Of a stretch of 64,000 nt of DNA, positions 10,365-20,900 are shown piece after piece. Position numbers and translations under genes: made by a program. The DNA comes from Candidatus Kapaibacterium sp. Lineage in GTDB: Bacteria; Bacteroidota; Ignavibacteria; Kapaibacteriales; UBA2268. The stretch's first letter is position 1. The number at the start of each line of letters is the position of its first letter. The DNA is taken from the NCBI GenBank assembly GCA_013414795.1, contig CP058732.1, positions 1,097,744 through 1,161,743 of the forward strand. Reading direction: 5' to 3'. Below the pieces are notes generated by a model. It ran no database searches. It worked only from the letters and a program-made list of their open reading frames with translations, and had not been told where the DNA came from.

Positions 10365-11070
10365 TTAAAGAGAGTCCAAAAGGAAATCTCAAAAATGGCA
10401 GCAATTTCTTTTCCAACAAAAAAATTTTGGTTAGTATATTGTTAAGGAGCTCGGAAACTGGGGTAACTGGCGGAGTTTCTTCTATGCTTGTTTTTCTTTC
10501 AAAAATTCTCATTACAACTGCGGGAAAGAAAAGCAATGTGTTAAAGTATGAAACATATTGAATTTTGTATCCAGCATTTCGAAGTGAATTAATAAGACTT
10601 TTTTTGTTATATCGCCGAAAGTGCATATGCAAAATGTCGTGGTTACTCCAAAGCCATTGATATGCGGGAACAGTTACGATTAGATAGCCATCATTTTCAA
10701 GCAATGAAGCAAGCCTTTTCAATGTAGTAACATCGTCTTCTATATGCTCAATTACATCAAGGGCAAAAATTGCTTTGGGCATTGTTCCGTTATGTCTGAA
10801 ATCGTCCAAAGTAGATTGGAAGACATTTTGTAAGCCACGTTTTTTGCAGAATTCAATCGCAATTGGTGATGGGTCGATTCCTATCACATTATATTTTTTT
10901 GACAGTAGGGAAGCAAAACCACCAGTTCCACAACCGAAATCTAATACTGTTTCACCATTGGCAAGGTTTGCAACACGCTCAAATACTGTGAGAACAATTT
11001 GATTGCGTGCAACAAACCACCAGTATTTATCTTCTAATTCAAAATTTGTTTGATATACTTGTTCAAACAT
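10342..11070 (-). CDS. class I SAM-dependent methyltransferase
   Basis: Motif I 'VLDFGCGTGGFASLL' and motif II 'ALDVIEHIEDD'. Its stop overlaps the start of the YfhO-like gene by 23 bp. Confidence 0.75.
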   Translation of the reverse strand: MFEQVYQTNFELEDKYWWFVARNQIVLTVFERVANLANGETVLDFGCGTGGFASLLSKKYNVIGIDPSPIAIEFCKKRGLQNVFQSTLDDFRHNGTMPKAIFALDVIEHIEDDVTTLKRLASLLENDGYLIVTVPAYQWLWSNHDILHMHFRRYNKKSLINSLRNAGYKIQYVSYFNTLLFFPAVVMRIFERKTSIEETPPVTPVSELLNNILTKIFLLEKKLLPFLRFPFGLSLIAIAKKL

Positions 11071-11150
11071 TAATTAAGAAAAAGTAATTTTGAGTAAAAA
11101 CTAATTTACTTCTATTATTTGAATAAAACAAATTTGTAAAGATTGGTTAA

Positions 11151-12548
11151 TTAATCAAATTTCCACTCTTTTTGCTTTTTAAGTCTTTTGTCAAGGCCAT
11201 TTTTCTTCAAGAGTTCGATAACTTCTTGCCTTTGCAAGCGAGGAAAGTCAATTGAAGATTTGGCAAGTTCATATATGAGAATTGACAAAATTCCTGCTGA
11301 ATTTGATATATACTTTTTGTTAACCTTATCGAATGTATCACCGAAATCGTGGTAGTGGTGGTACATTGATTCATCCATCCAGCCAAGTGGTGTAATTGAG
11401 GGAATTCCTTCGAACATAAAGTACATATGGTCGCTGTTTGTCCAAGGTCGACTAATTACCCCATCTTTAAGATTAAAGCCTTCGAGGTTTTCGACAATGG
11501 AATTTGTAATTGAATCAAGGAAAGTAAAGCCCATTGTGTTAAAACCAGTTGGGTCGCCTGGCATATCCAAATTAATCATTAGTTCGACTTCGTCCTTGTG
11601 TTTCTTTGCATATCGTTTGGAGCCCCACAAACCAAGTTCCTCGCCGTTAAACCAGACTATTTCAATTGTGTAGTAGAAATCTTTGAATCTGGAAAGATTG
11701 CGGGCTATTTCGTACAAAACGGCAATACCAACACCGTTGTCGACAGCGCCCTGGCTAATATCCCAGGAATCGAAGTGTCCTCCGACAACTATTTTCCTTT
11801 GTGATTTGCCAGGTATAGTAAAAATCACATTGCTGGATTTGCTTGGTTTGCAATAGGAGTTGCTTTTTACCTGGACTATGGATGTTATTTTCCTCTTTAA
11901 TAAACGTTTCAAGATTTGACCATCTTCGTAAGTTATACTAAAGGCTGGAATTGGATTGGGTTCGCCTTGAAAATTTCCTACGCCAGCGAGTACCAAACCT
12001 CCTTGCTTGTCATTTATGAAAAGAATTGCTTTTGCACCTTTACGAGCAGCAATTTCAATGGCTTCGTAACGAAGGAGTTCTTCTTTGTTTTTTGGTCGCT
12101 CCTGGGTAACAATAACAATTTTGTTTTTTGCATCAATGTTTACGTAGTCTTCTTCATATCCATATTGTGCAAAAACTACGGGAGCCTCGATTAATTCGCT
12201 TGGATTGTTGAAACCAAGAGCGACACATCTGAAAATCTTTTCAAATGGGAAAATCAGTTGGACACTGTCTGCTTTCCGAACCCAACCAGGGAAATCGAAA
12301 TCTTCGAGTTTCAAGGAAAGTTTATCTTTTTTTGCTTCCTCAATTAAAATTTGTATTGCTTTTTCATTTGGAGCAGACCCAGCAATTCTTCCGCCCGCCT
12401 CGTCGCAAATCCTTTCTAAAACCTCGTAGCCACGATTATGAAAATATGAAAATGTTAGAATATCCTTCCACTCTGGTCTTTGTGCTAAAACAAAAAATGC
12501 GTCGAAGAAAATGGCTATGCTTAAAATTAGAATAAGTTTTATTCTCAA
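11151..12548 (-). CDS. secreted M28-family aminopeptidase with PA domain
   Basis: Signal peptide. Zn-ligand blocks 'GGHFDSWDISQGAVDNGVGIAVLYEIA' and 'WFNGEELGLWGSKRYA' are typical of M28. Confidence 0.8.
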   Translation of the reverse strand: MRIKLILILSIAIFFDAFFVLAQRPEWKDILTFSYFHNRGYEVLERICDEAGGRIAGSAPNEKAIQILIEEAKKDKLSLKLEDFDFPGWVRKADSVQLIFPFEKIFRCVALGFNNPSELIEAPVVFAQYGYEEDYVNIDAKNKIVIVTQERPKNKEELLRYEAIEIAARKGAKAILFINDKQGGLVLAGVGNFQGEPNPIPAFSITYEDGQILKRLLKRKITSIVQVKSNSYCKPSKSSNVIFTIPGKSQRKIVVGGHFDSWDISQGAVDNGVGIAVLYEIARNLSRFKDFYYTIEIVWFNGEELGLWGSKRYAKKHKDEVELMINLDMPGDPTGFNTMGFTFLDSITNSIVENLEGFNLKDGVISRPWTNSDHMYFMFEGIPSITPLGWMDESMYHHYHDFGDTFDKVNKKYISNSAGILSILIYELAKSSIDFPRLQRQEVIELLKKNGLDKRLKKQKEWKFD

Positions 12549-12952
12549 TTTAAGCCTTTTTCGTTTAGGAATTTGCCAAATTTTTTGTCTTTAACCAATA
12601 TATGGTCAAGTAACCAATTTCGAAGGAAATTCATAATTTGGATTGTTACTATTGCATTGCCAGATTTAAAATCTTCGTGAAATCTTTTTACTTCATCGGT
12701 TAACTTTTCGTGTTCGTAACGATGGCTGTCGTAATCGCTATAGCCAAATTTTACCATATATTCTTCTTCGGTTTTAAAATGAGTATTCACATATTGAATT
12801 AATTCGAAAAGTACCTTCCCCATTACTTCTTTCCCTTTCCCAGCCCCCATTGCATCGTGGAGTTCATTAATTATTCTAACTAACTGCTTATGTTGGTTGT
12901 CAATATGGGTTACCCCAACTGAATAAGTATCATTCCAATCAATAAAAGCCAT
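12545..12952 (-). CDS. hemerythrin-like (bacteriohemerythrin) metal-binding protein
   Basis: N-terminal 'FIDWNDTYSVGVTHIDNQHKQL' is the bacteriohemerythrin signature. Downstream H/E iron ligands (HFKTEEEYM, HRYEHEK, DHIL). The 4-bp overlap with the M28 gene follows from the ORF coordinates. Confidence 0.8.
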   Translation of the reverse strand: MAFIDWNDTYSVGVTHIDNQHKQLVRIINELHDAMGAGKGKEVMGKVLFELIQYVNTHFKTEEEYMVKFGYSDYDSHRYEHEKLTDEVKRFHEDFKSGNAIVTIQIMNFLRNWLLDHILVKDKKFGKFLNEKGLN

Positions 12953-13130
12953 ATTTCCTCCAAAGAATATTTGAAATTACAAATTTAAAAAGTGAATGAA
13001 AATTGATTAATCATTGACTAAGAAAAAATCGGGAATATTATTTTTATATCAAATATGTTGCAAAAATATGGGTGCAACTATTTCAAATAATTTCCGTAAT
13101 TTTATTTTGCTTTAAGTTAAAGGAGAAAAA

Positions 13131-15005
13131 ATGCCAGAGCAGTTTAAGACCAATGTACCAATACCTCCCCAATATGAGCCCACTCGAAAACGGTCCCGTT
13201 GGTGGGTTCCAATTGTTATTATTGGGGTGGTTGTTCTTTTCTTTCTTGTTGTGTTTATTATGATTTTCTCGTCGATTTCCAATCTATTTGAACGAGAACC
13301 AGTTGTTGTTAAAACAAATTCGGTACTCGTAATTAACCTAAACAGACCCATTGCCGAATACGTTGGCGAATCGCTGTCTTCTTTGTTTTCGCAAGATGGA
13401 ACTATTGCATATTACGATTTACTTAAAGCAATAGAAAACGCTTCAACTGATAACAAAATCAAAGGAATTTACCTTCGTTGCTCTGCTTCAATGATTGGTT
13501 GGGCGAAAAGAGTGGAACTTGTTGAAGCCTTGGAACGATTTAAAAAATCGGGAAAGTTCATTTATGCCTTCATCGAAGTTGGAAACGAAAATGATTATTA
13601 CCTTGCGCTACCGTCTGATAAAATTTTCCTCGCAAGGGAAGGTGTAGTTGAAATGAATGGTTTCTCCATTTCTGCTTTGTTTTTAAAAGGTTTGTTCGAC
13701 AAAATAGGGATTGAGTATTATGTCCAGCAATTTGAAGATTATAAATCTGCTGGCGAAACTTATAGCCGAACTAAATTTAGTGATAGCGCAAGAGTTGCTT
13801 ATAAAGACTTACTTCTACAAAGATATGAGTTGTTTCTCGCTGGTGTGGAAAAATATAGGAAAATTAAAAGAGAATTAATTGTTGATGTTTTAAACCGAGG
13901 GGTCTATTCGCCCGATTCTCTTTTGGCTCTTGGTTTTGTAGATTCACTAATCAATGACAATCAAGCAAAAGACTATATTCGTGGCATAGTTTCTGGCGAA
14001 AAGGACAAAGTCGACACTAGTAAATCGAAGGTGAATTTTGTTGATGTCTCGGATTATATTAAAAGCGAAGATTTTGGGGCAAATGAAAATCGAGATAAAG
14101 AAAAGGCAATTGCCATTGTATACGCATCTGGTCCAATTGTGCAACGAATTCAAAAGTCCCCGCTAAGCACTGATGTTGAAATTGACCCAGATTCGTTCAT
14201 CAAAAATTTAAAGAAAGCAAGAGACGACAAAAAGGTAAAAGCAATTATTATTCGGATTGATAGTCCTGGTGGTTCCGTAATAGCATCGGACGAAATTTGG
14301 AACGAGATTGAAAAAACAAAGAAGATTAAACCAGTTTACGCCTCGATGAGCGATGTTGCTGCCTCTGGGGGTTATTACATTGCAATGGCTTGCGATACGA
14401 TAATTGCCCATCCAGCGACAATCACGGGGTCGATTGGGGTGATTTCAATTGTGCCTAATTTCAGTTCAATGATGAACAAAATTGGGGTTACTGTCGACAC
14501 AATTTCGACCAATAATGCATCTCAAGATTTAAATCTATTCATTCCTTTCTCCAAGAGGCAGAAAGAAAAACTCGAAGAACTTTCGAGACCAATTTATTTC
14601 CGTTTTCTCGAGAAAGTTGCAAAAAGTAGAAAGAAAACCCTTGAAGAGGTTAGAAGTGTTGCGAAAGGTAGAGTTTGGACTGGGGAAAAGGCTTTGGAAA
14701 AAGGTTTGGTTGATGTGCTTGGTGGACTTCAAGATGCAATTACAATAGCAAGCAAACGCATTGGTGTTGTGAATCCAACAATTAAGCGATATCCTCGCCC
14801 AATGGAAGATTTTGAAATTCTTTTAAATCTTTTCTCCAAGAAAAAAGACGAAGCCAAAGGAATACAAGAAACTGGTATTTTGAATATTTTGTCATTGTTC
14901 CCACAAGAATTGAAAATGCAAGTTTTGCAATATTTGCAATTTTACTATTTATCTCATAAGGAACAAAATTTGGTAATTTTACCTTATCTGATATGGATTA
15001 ATTAA
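13131..15005 (+). CDS. sppA: signal peptide peptidase SppA, 67K type (protease IV)
   Basis: N-terminal TM anchor. Duplicated ClpP/crotonase-like domains. Catalytic region 'ASMSDVAASGGYYIAMACDTIIAHPATITGSIGV'. Confidence 0.85.
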   Translation: MPEQFKTNVPIPPQYEPTRKRSRWWVPIVIIGVVVLFFLVVFIMIFSSISNLFEREPVVVKTNSVLVINLNRPIAEYVGESLSSLFSQDGTIAYYDLLKAIENASTDNKIKGIYLRCSASMIGWAKRVELVEALERFKKSGKFIYAFIEVGNENDYYLALPSDKIFLAREGVVEMNGFSISALFLKGLFDKIGIEYYVQQFEDYKSAGETYSRTKFSDSARVAYKDLLLQRYELFLAGVEKYRKIKRELIVDVLNRGVYSPDSLLALGFVDSLINDNQAKDYIRGIVSGEKDKVDTSKSKVNFVDVSDYIKSEDFGANENRDKEKAIAIVYASGPIVQRIQKSPLSTDVEIDPDSFIKNLKKARDDKKVKAIIIRIDSPGGSVIASDEIWNEIEKTKKIKPVYASMSDVAASGGYYIAMACDTIIAHPATITGSIGVISIVPNFSSMMNKIGVTVDTISTNNASQDLNLFIPFSKRQKEKLEELSRPIYFRFLEKVAKSRKKTLEEVRSVAKGRVWTGEKALEKGLVDVLGGLQDAITIASKRIGVVNPTIKRYPRPMEDFEILLNLFSKKKDEAKGIQETGILNILSLFPQELKMQVLQYLQFYYLSHKEQNLVILPYLIWIN

Positions 15006-15048
15006 GTTGTTTTGCTTTAAGTTCGGACGAAAAAACAAAGAAAAACGC

Positions 15049-15074
15049 AAGGGGGCAGTTGCCCCTTTTGTTTT
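15049..15074. terminator. bidirectional rho-independent terminator (GGGGC-AGTT-GCCCC flanked by A-run and T-run)
   Basis: Hairpin between the convergent sppA (+) and fcl (-) genes. A-rich upstream and 'TTTTGTTTT' downstream, so it can terminate both transcripts. Confidence 0.55.
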
Positions 15075-15098
15075 ATTATAAGTGATTTTAGGAAATTA

Positions 15099-16169
15099 TC
15101 ATTCAGTGTTTTGTATATAGTAATCAACTACTTTTTTTATGCCTTCTTCCAATGGGGTTTTAGGAGACCAGCCTAAAGATTTCGCTCTGGAAATATCCAA
15201 AAGTTTTCTCGGGGTTCCTTCTGGTTTGCTACTATCCCAGATGATTTCACCTTTGAAGCCAACAATAGATTTGATGAGTTCTGCAAGTTCTTTGATGGTG
15301 ATGTCTTCCCCAGTTCCGATATTGACGAAAGGCTCTGTGTCTTTGGCATCAAAATTTTCCATAAAGAAGACGCAAGCGTCTGCAAGGTCATCAACATAAA
15401 GGAATTCCCGTCGTGCTTTACCTTCGCCCCAAAGAGTAACACTTTCACCAGTTATTCCAATTTCTTCGAGAGATTTGATAATGTTACTTATATTGTTGAT
15501 ATCAATCCTTTCATCAATTCCAAATCCAATTTTATTTCGTGACACATCTTTGATTAGAAAATTCAAATTTTTTTCTGCAATTGCTTTTGCAAGAAGGAAT
15601 TTTCTAATCAACGCTGGTAGCACGTGGGAAGTTTCAAGATTAAAATTATCTTTCACACCGTAGAGGTTTGTCGGCATAAGTGATATGAAGTTAGTTCCAT
15701 ATTGGAAATTATAGGCTTGGCAGATTTTAATTGCTGCGATTTTTGCAATTGCATAGGGTTCGTTTGTTGGTTCAAGTTCGCCAGTGAGCAAATATTCCTC
15801 TCGCAAAGGTTGGGGAGCATATTTTGGATAGATACAAGAAGAGCCAAGATTTAGAAGTTTTTTCACCCTAAATTTGTAAGCAGAATGTATTACATTTAGT
15901 GCAATTGCAAGATTGTCGTAAATAAATTCAGCGCGGTAAGTGTTGTTGGCGTAAATTCCTCCAACCTTCGCTGCGGCGAGGAAAACATACTCTGGCTTGT
16001 TTTCATCGAAGTATTTTTCTGTATCTTGTTGTCTTCGTAAGTCAAGGTCAGAGCGAGTAGGTGTTAAGATATTTTTATAACCTCGTTCTAATAATTTTTT
16101 TACAATGGAGGAGCCAACAAGCCCGTTTGCCCCAGCAACAAATATTTTTGGATTAAACTCAGACTTCAT
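15099..16169 (-). CDS. fcl: GDP-L-fucose synthase (GDP-4-keto-6-deoxy-D-mannose 3,5-epimerase/4-reductase)
   Basis: Rossmann motif '[18 protein letters not shown]'. SDR-family fold. Immediately downstream of gmd with an 11-bp overlap. Confidence 0.85.
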   Translation of the reverse strand: MKSEFNPKIFVAGANGLVGSSIVKKLLERGYKNILTPTRSDLDLRRQQDTEKYFDENKPEYVFLAAAKVGGIYANNTYRAEFIYDNLAIALNVIHSAYKFRVKKLLNLGSSCIYPKYAPQPLREEYLLTGELEPTNEPYAIAKIAAIKICQAYNFQYGTNFISLMPTNLYGVKDNFNLETSHVLPALIRKFLLAKAIAEKNLNFLIKDVSRNKIGFGIDERIDINNISNIIKSLEEIGITGESVTLWGEGKARREFLYVDDLADACVFFMENFDAKDTEPFVNIGTGEDITIKELAELIKSIVGFKGEIIWDSSKPEGTPRKLLDISRAKSLGWSPKTPLEEGIKKVVDYYIQNTE

Positions 16170-17316
16170 TTATTATATCGTTTTGTTCGACAAACTTATG
16201 TTCTGTCCATCCAAAGCCTTTTTCTTTTGCGATACGATAGCCTTCGAGTTTTGGTTTTAGTCCAACCAGAAGGAAATCGTAGTCAACCATTATTTTAACT
16301 AAATCTTTGAAAAGAATTTGGGGCTCCCAACCAAGTAATTTTTTTGCTTTACTAGAATCAGCAAGTAAGAAATCAACTTCGGTAGGTCTAAAATATCGTT
16401 CTTTCAATTCAATCAAGATGTCACCAGTCTTAATCAAGCCATTCCATTTTTGGTCGAAACTTTTCACTATTCCAACTTCTTCCAATCCTTTGCCTTTCCA
16501 TTCAATTTCTATATCGCAGTAATTGAAGGCTTCTTCAATAAATTCTCTTACGGAGTGACTTTCGCCAGTGCCGATAACGAAGTCGTCTGGCTGGTCGTAT
16601 TGAAGAATTTTCCACATCAAACGAACATATTCGGGTGCATAGCCCCAATCTCTTTTTGCGTCCAAATTTCCTAAGAAGAGTTTCTTTTGCTTACCAGCTA
16701 AAATGTTTGCAATGCCACGAGTGATTTTCCTTGTAACAAAAATTTCGCCTCGGCGAGGGCTTTCGTGGTTAAAGAGTATTCCGTTGGAAGCAAAAATCTT
16801 GTATGCATTACGATAATTTACGACCATCCAATAAGAATATAATTTTGCGATAGCGTAGGGGCTTTGTGGGGCAAATGGTGAATTTTCGTTCTGTGGTGGA
16901 GGCGTTTTCCCAAAAAGTTCTGATGAAGACGCTTGGTAGAACTTCGTTTTAACACCACTACGCCGAATAGCCTCCAAAATTCTTGTAGTACCCAGTCCAG
17001 TAACATTTCCAGTGAACTCTGGTAAATCGAAGGAAACACGCACGTGGCTTTGAGCCCCAAGATGGTAAATTTCCTCTGGTTGGATGTTGTAAATTAATTC
17101 AGTCAGTATTCCAGAATCGGAAAGGTCGCCATAATGGAGTCTCAATTTAGATTCTGGATGTTCCGTTGGGTCTAAATAAATGTGGTCAATTCGTTGGGTG
17201 TTAAACGTACTTGCTCGACGGATGACACCGTGGACCTCGTAGCCCATTTCCAAAAGATATTCGGCAAGATATGAACCATCTTGCCCAGTTATTCCCGTTA
17301 TTAATGCTTTTTTCAT
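16159..17316 (-). CDS. gmd: GDP-mannose 4,6-dehydratase
   Basis: '[46 protein letters not shown]' is nearly invariant in Gmd. Confidence 0.9.
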   Translation of the reverse strand: MKKALITGITGQDGSYLAEYLLEMGYEVHGVIRRASTFNTQRIDHIYLDPTEHPESKLRLHYGDLSDSGILTELIYNIQPEEIYHLGAQSHVRVSFDLPEFTGNVTGLGTTRILEAIRRSGVKTKFYQASSSELFGKTPPPQNENSPFAPQSPYAIAKLYSYWMVVNYRNAYKIFASNGILFNHESPRRGEIFVTRKITRGIANILAGKQKKLFLGNLDAKRDWGYAPEYVRLMWKILQYDQPDDFVIGTGESHSVREFIEEAFNYCDIEIEWKGKGLEEVGIVKSFDQKWNGLIKTGDILIELKERYFRPTEVDFLLADSSKAKKLLGWEPQILFKDLVKIMVDYDFLLVGLKPKLEGYRIAKEKGFGWTEHKFVEQNDIINEV

Positions 17317-17372
17317 AAGATTTTGTAATTTCTATTTGTTTTGTTATGTAAATTTCAAATTTAATAGAAAAT

Positions 17373-17987
17373 ATGAAAAAATTCTTGTTTATTTTAATAA
17401 TGGTATTATTCTTTGCTTTTGTGAATTTTGTTCAAACTCAAAACGATGTTATAGTCGACTCGAATATGACTTTCCAAGAGGCTATTCGGGGAACAAAAGC
17501 ACCAAAGGAAATCATAGACTCGCTTGTTTTAATTGATGTATTTTATTACTCCTTTGACAAGAAATTGCATAAAGGTCAACTTGTAATTCACAAAGATTTG
17601 AAGGATGAAGTGCTTGAAATCTTCGAAATGATTAAAGTGTTGAAATTTCCCATTGGGAAAGTTATTCCAATTGTAAAATACAACTGGTCTGATGAAAAAT
17701 CTATGCTCGATAATAATACCTCCTCGTTCAATTACCGTACAATAGCGGGTACCAACCGTTTATCACTCCACGCAAGAGGTCGTGCAATAGATATTAATCC
17801 TTTTTTAAATCCAGTTGTTTACAGCGATGGGAGGGTTGAACCAAAAGGAGCCAAGTACGAACCAAAAAGGTTAGGGACTTTATATGATACGCATCCCGTC
17901 GTTCTGGAATTTAAACATTTAGGCTGGCGGTGGGGTGGCGATTTTCAATCGTATAAAGATTATCATCATTTTGACAAAGAGAAATGA
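17373..17987 (+). CDS. secreted M15-family (VanY / LAS-fold) zinc peptidase
   Basis: Signal peptide. 'HARGRAIDINP' (H-x6-D) and 'GWRWGGDF...DYHHFD' match the LAS/M15 zinc-ligand arrangement. Confidence 0.65.
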   Translation: MKKFLFILIMVLFFAFVNFVQTQNDVIVDSNMTFQEAIRGTKAPKEIIDSLVLIDVFYYSFDKKLHKGQLVIHKDLKDEVLEIFEMIKVLKFPIGKVIPIVKYNWSDEKSMLDNNTSSFNYRTIAGTNRLSLHARGRAIDINPFLNPVVYSDGRVEPKGAKYEPKRLGTLYDTHPVVLEFKHLGWRWGGDFQSYKDYHHFDKEK

Positions 17988-20900
17988 AAAAAGTTCTAAC
18001 AAAAGAGCAAATCGAGGCATTAAATCTCGATTTGCATATTGCATTAAATGCTAACGCTGGCTCTGGGAAGACAAGTGTTCTCGTCGAACGATATTTTAAA
18101 ATACTTGAAAAAGGGTTGAAAGAAGACCAAAGTCTTACACCAGATAATATTGTGGCTATTACTTTTACCAAGAAAGCCGCAGCGGAAATGCTTTCACGAG
18201 TCGTTTCAAAATTTTCCGATAATTTCAATCTCGAAAAAATTAAGGAAAAGTCGGGAAAACTCGACCTTTCCCTCATTGAAAGATTGCGACTTTTTAGAAA
18301 CAAACTAACAAACGCAAGAATATCGACTATTCATAGTTTTTGTTTGCAAATCATTTCAAATTATCCAATCGAGTCTGGTATTCCTGTTAATTTTCGTGAA
18401 ATTTCGGAATCTGAACGATTGCAGTTGCTCGAAAATGCTTTTAACCAAACATTAATGAATTGGTTGGATGATACTGAAAAAAAGAAACATTTAAGCGATA
18501 TCCTTTCAATCATTTCCTTTAATGATTTGAAAGAAGTTACATATAAGGCTATTTCTAATATTGACTTGTGGGAGTATTTGAACGAACTTTATTCCAAAAG
18601 TTTTGATGAATATTTCGATTTGCTTCAAAGGTATGTCCGTAAAACTTATCAAAATTGTCTTAACCAGTTTTGTGTCCAAATTTCAATTACATTTCAAGAC
18701 GACGACAATTTGCAATTGTCATCTGATAAAGTAAAAATTCTTAAAGATTTTCTGAACGAAAGCCAACGCTTCAAGAGTGACAGTTATAGAGAATTACTCT
18801 TCGACAATGAGTTTTGGGAATTGCTGGGAAATTTTATTGGAACTGTTTATACCCAGAATTTTACTCCAAGAAAGAAAGAATTTAAAGACCAAGATATATA
18901 TCAGCAGTTGCAAGATATTTCTCAACGGTACAAAGGCATTTTGAAGTTCTTGCTTGAGATAATTGAATATCACTCATTGAGGGTATCAATGCCCAAAATT
19001 AGTGGAGAAGAGTTTGACATCGAGCGACGATATTACGAAACCTCGAAAACAATTTTCTCTTTTATCAAAGATGTCAACTCTCTTTTCGCAAAATTGAAGT
19101 ATGACGAAGGCTTTGTTGACTTCTCCGATATGCTTGTAAAAACAAGAGATTTGTTCAAAAATTTCCCAGATATTTTAAACGAAGTCCGCAAGGAAATCAA
19201 ATTTCTTTTGGTTGATGAATTTCAAGACACAGACCAAATTCAGTTCGAAATTGTTAAAATGCTTGTTCCCTCTTTTGCTTCCAAAGAAACTTCGATTCCT
19301 AATTTGTTTATTGTTGGAGACGAAAAACAGAGCATTTATTCCTTTCGTAATGCTGATGTACGTGTTTTCAAGAAAGCGAAAGAATACATAACGGAATTAA
19401 ATTATGACTCTGGTTACGATGTTGGCTTGTTGAAGTTAACCACTACATTTCGATTGAGACCAGAAATTGCTGGTTTTGTGGATAAGGTGTTTACAAATTT
19501 GATGGATTATGACATAGCAGACCCAGTCTCGGATTTTAATATTAACTACGAGCCTTTTGTTATTCCAGAGGAAAAATTAAATTTGAATGAAGCCATTAGT
19601 TCATCCGTTGTCCCACCAATAACCTTTCTTTTTGAGATAGAGGGAGAAGAAGCAAACAAAAGGAAAAAAGGACTTTACAATCTCAAACACTCGTCTCTTG
19701 CAAATTCAACAAATGTGAATGAAGATGAAATTGTTGATGTTGGGGGAGTTGATGAAGTAGAAACTTCGACCTTGCCAATTCTTATTGCCAAGCATATAAG
19801 GTATATAGTTAATAATGAGGATGCGAAGATATTTGACAAAGAGAAAGATTGTTACAGAACGGTTCGTTATTCCGATATTGCATTGATAAGCAGAAAAACC
19901 AAAGACCTTGCACAGATTGCTTCAGTGTTTTCAGACTTTGGAATTCCTTTCCTATTCTTCGGTAGTAAGAATTTCTTTTCAACAAGAGAAGTTCGGGATA
20001 TTATTGCATTCTTGAAGTTTTTGGTAAATCCAAAGGATGATGTTTCGCTTGCGGGAGTTCTTCGTTCAGTGTTTTTTGCTTTTACAGACGAATTGTTAAC
20101 GAATATTGCTACTGTCACTAACGAGAAAAATGTTACTTTCTGGGAAAAGTTGCATCTTTTTAAAAAGTATCTTGAAGAAAGAGTAAACTCGGGTGCAACT
20201 GATGAATTTAGGGAACAACTAACGAGGGTGAATTTTGCCATCGAAGTTATGGAAAGACTTCTTCAACAAGTTTCGATTTTGCCCATAAATGAGATAATCC
20301 ACAGAATTCTTGTCGAAACTGAATGGCATAAGAAAGTACGTGTTTTTCAAAATGCAGAACAGATGCTGGCAAATATAGACGAACTACTCGATTATGCAAG
20401 AGATTACATTAATATTGGTTTTCGAACTATTTTGGATTTTCTCGACGATATAGACTATATCTCTCGACAAGGAATTCCCGATGTCGACCGTTTCGGGTTT
20501 GTAGCCAGCGATGCTGTTACCCTCTTGACTTTCCACTCTGCGAAGGGTTTGGAATTTCCAGTTGTTTATGTTCACAATATTGATTATGCAACCCGAGGAG
20601 CGGATAATGTACAAATTTCACGGGAATTGGGGTTGGTTTTCCCAATTGAGATACTTCTCGATGATGAGGTTATTAAGTTTAGAACTTTGCAGAATTTGTT
20701 TGTTTCTAAACAATTACAAATGGAAGAGGAGGCAGAAGAGTTAAGAATACTCTACGTGGCTTTAACCCGTGCTTCGGATTATTTGATAATCACTGGAAAA
20801 TTAAGCGAACAGAAAACTAAGGCTGACAAAAATTCAGAAAATGTTTGCAAACCAAGACAAAAATTGAAGGACATTTTTGATGTTCTGGAAATTTCAATTC

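Noticed and set aside
13096-15022. 14-nt direct repeat TTTTGCTTTAAGTT on both sides of sppA
   Set aside because: In 64 kb of AT-rich sequence several chance 14-mer matches are expected. No mobile-element genes or target-site duplication context.
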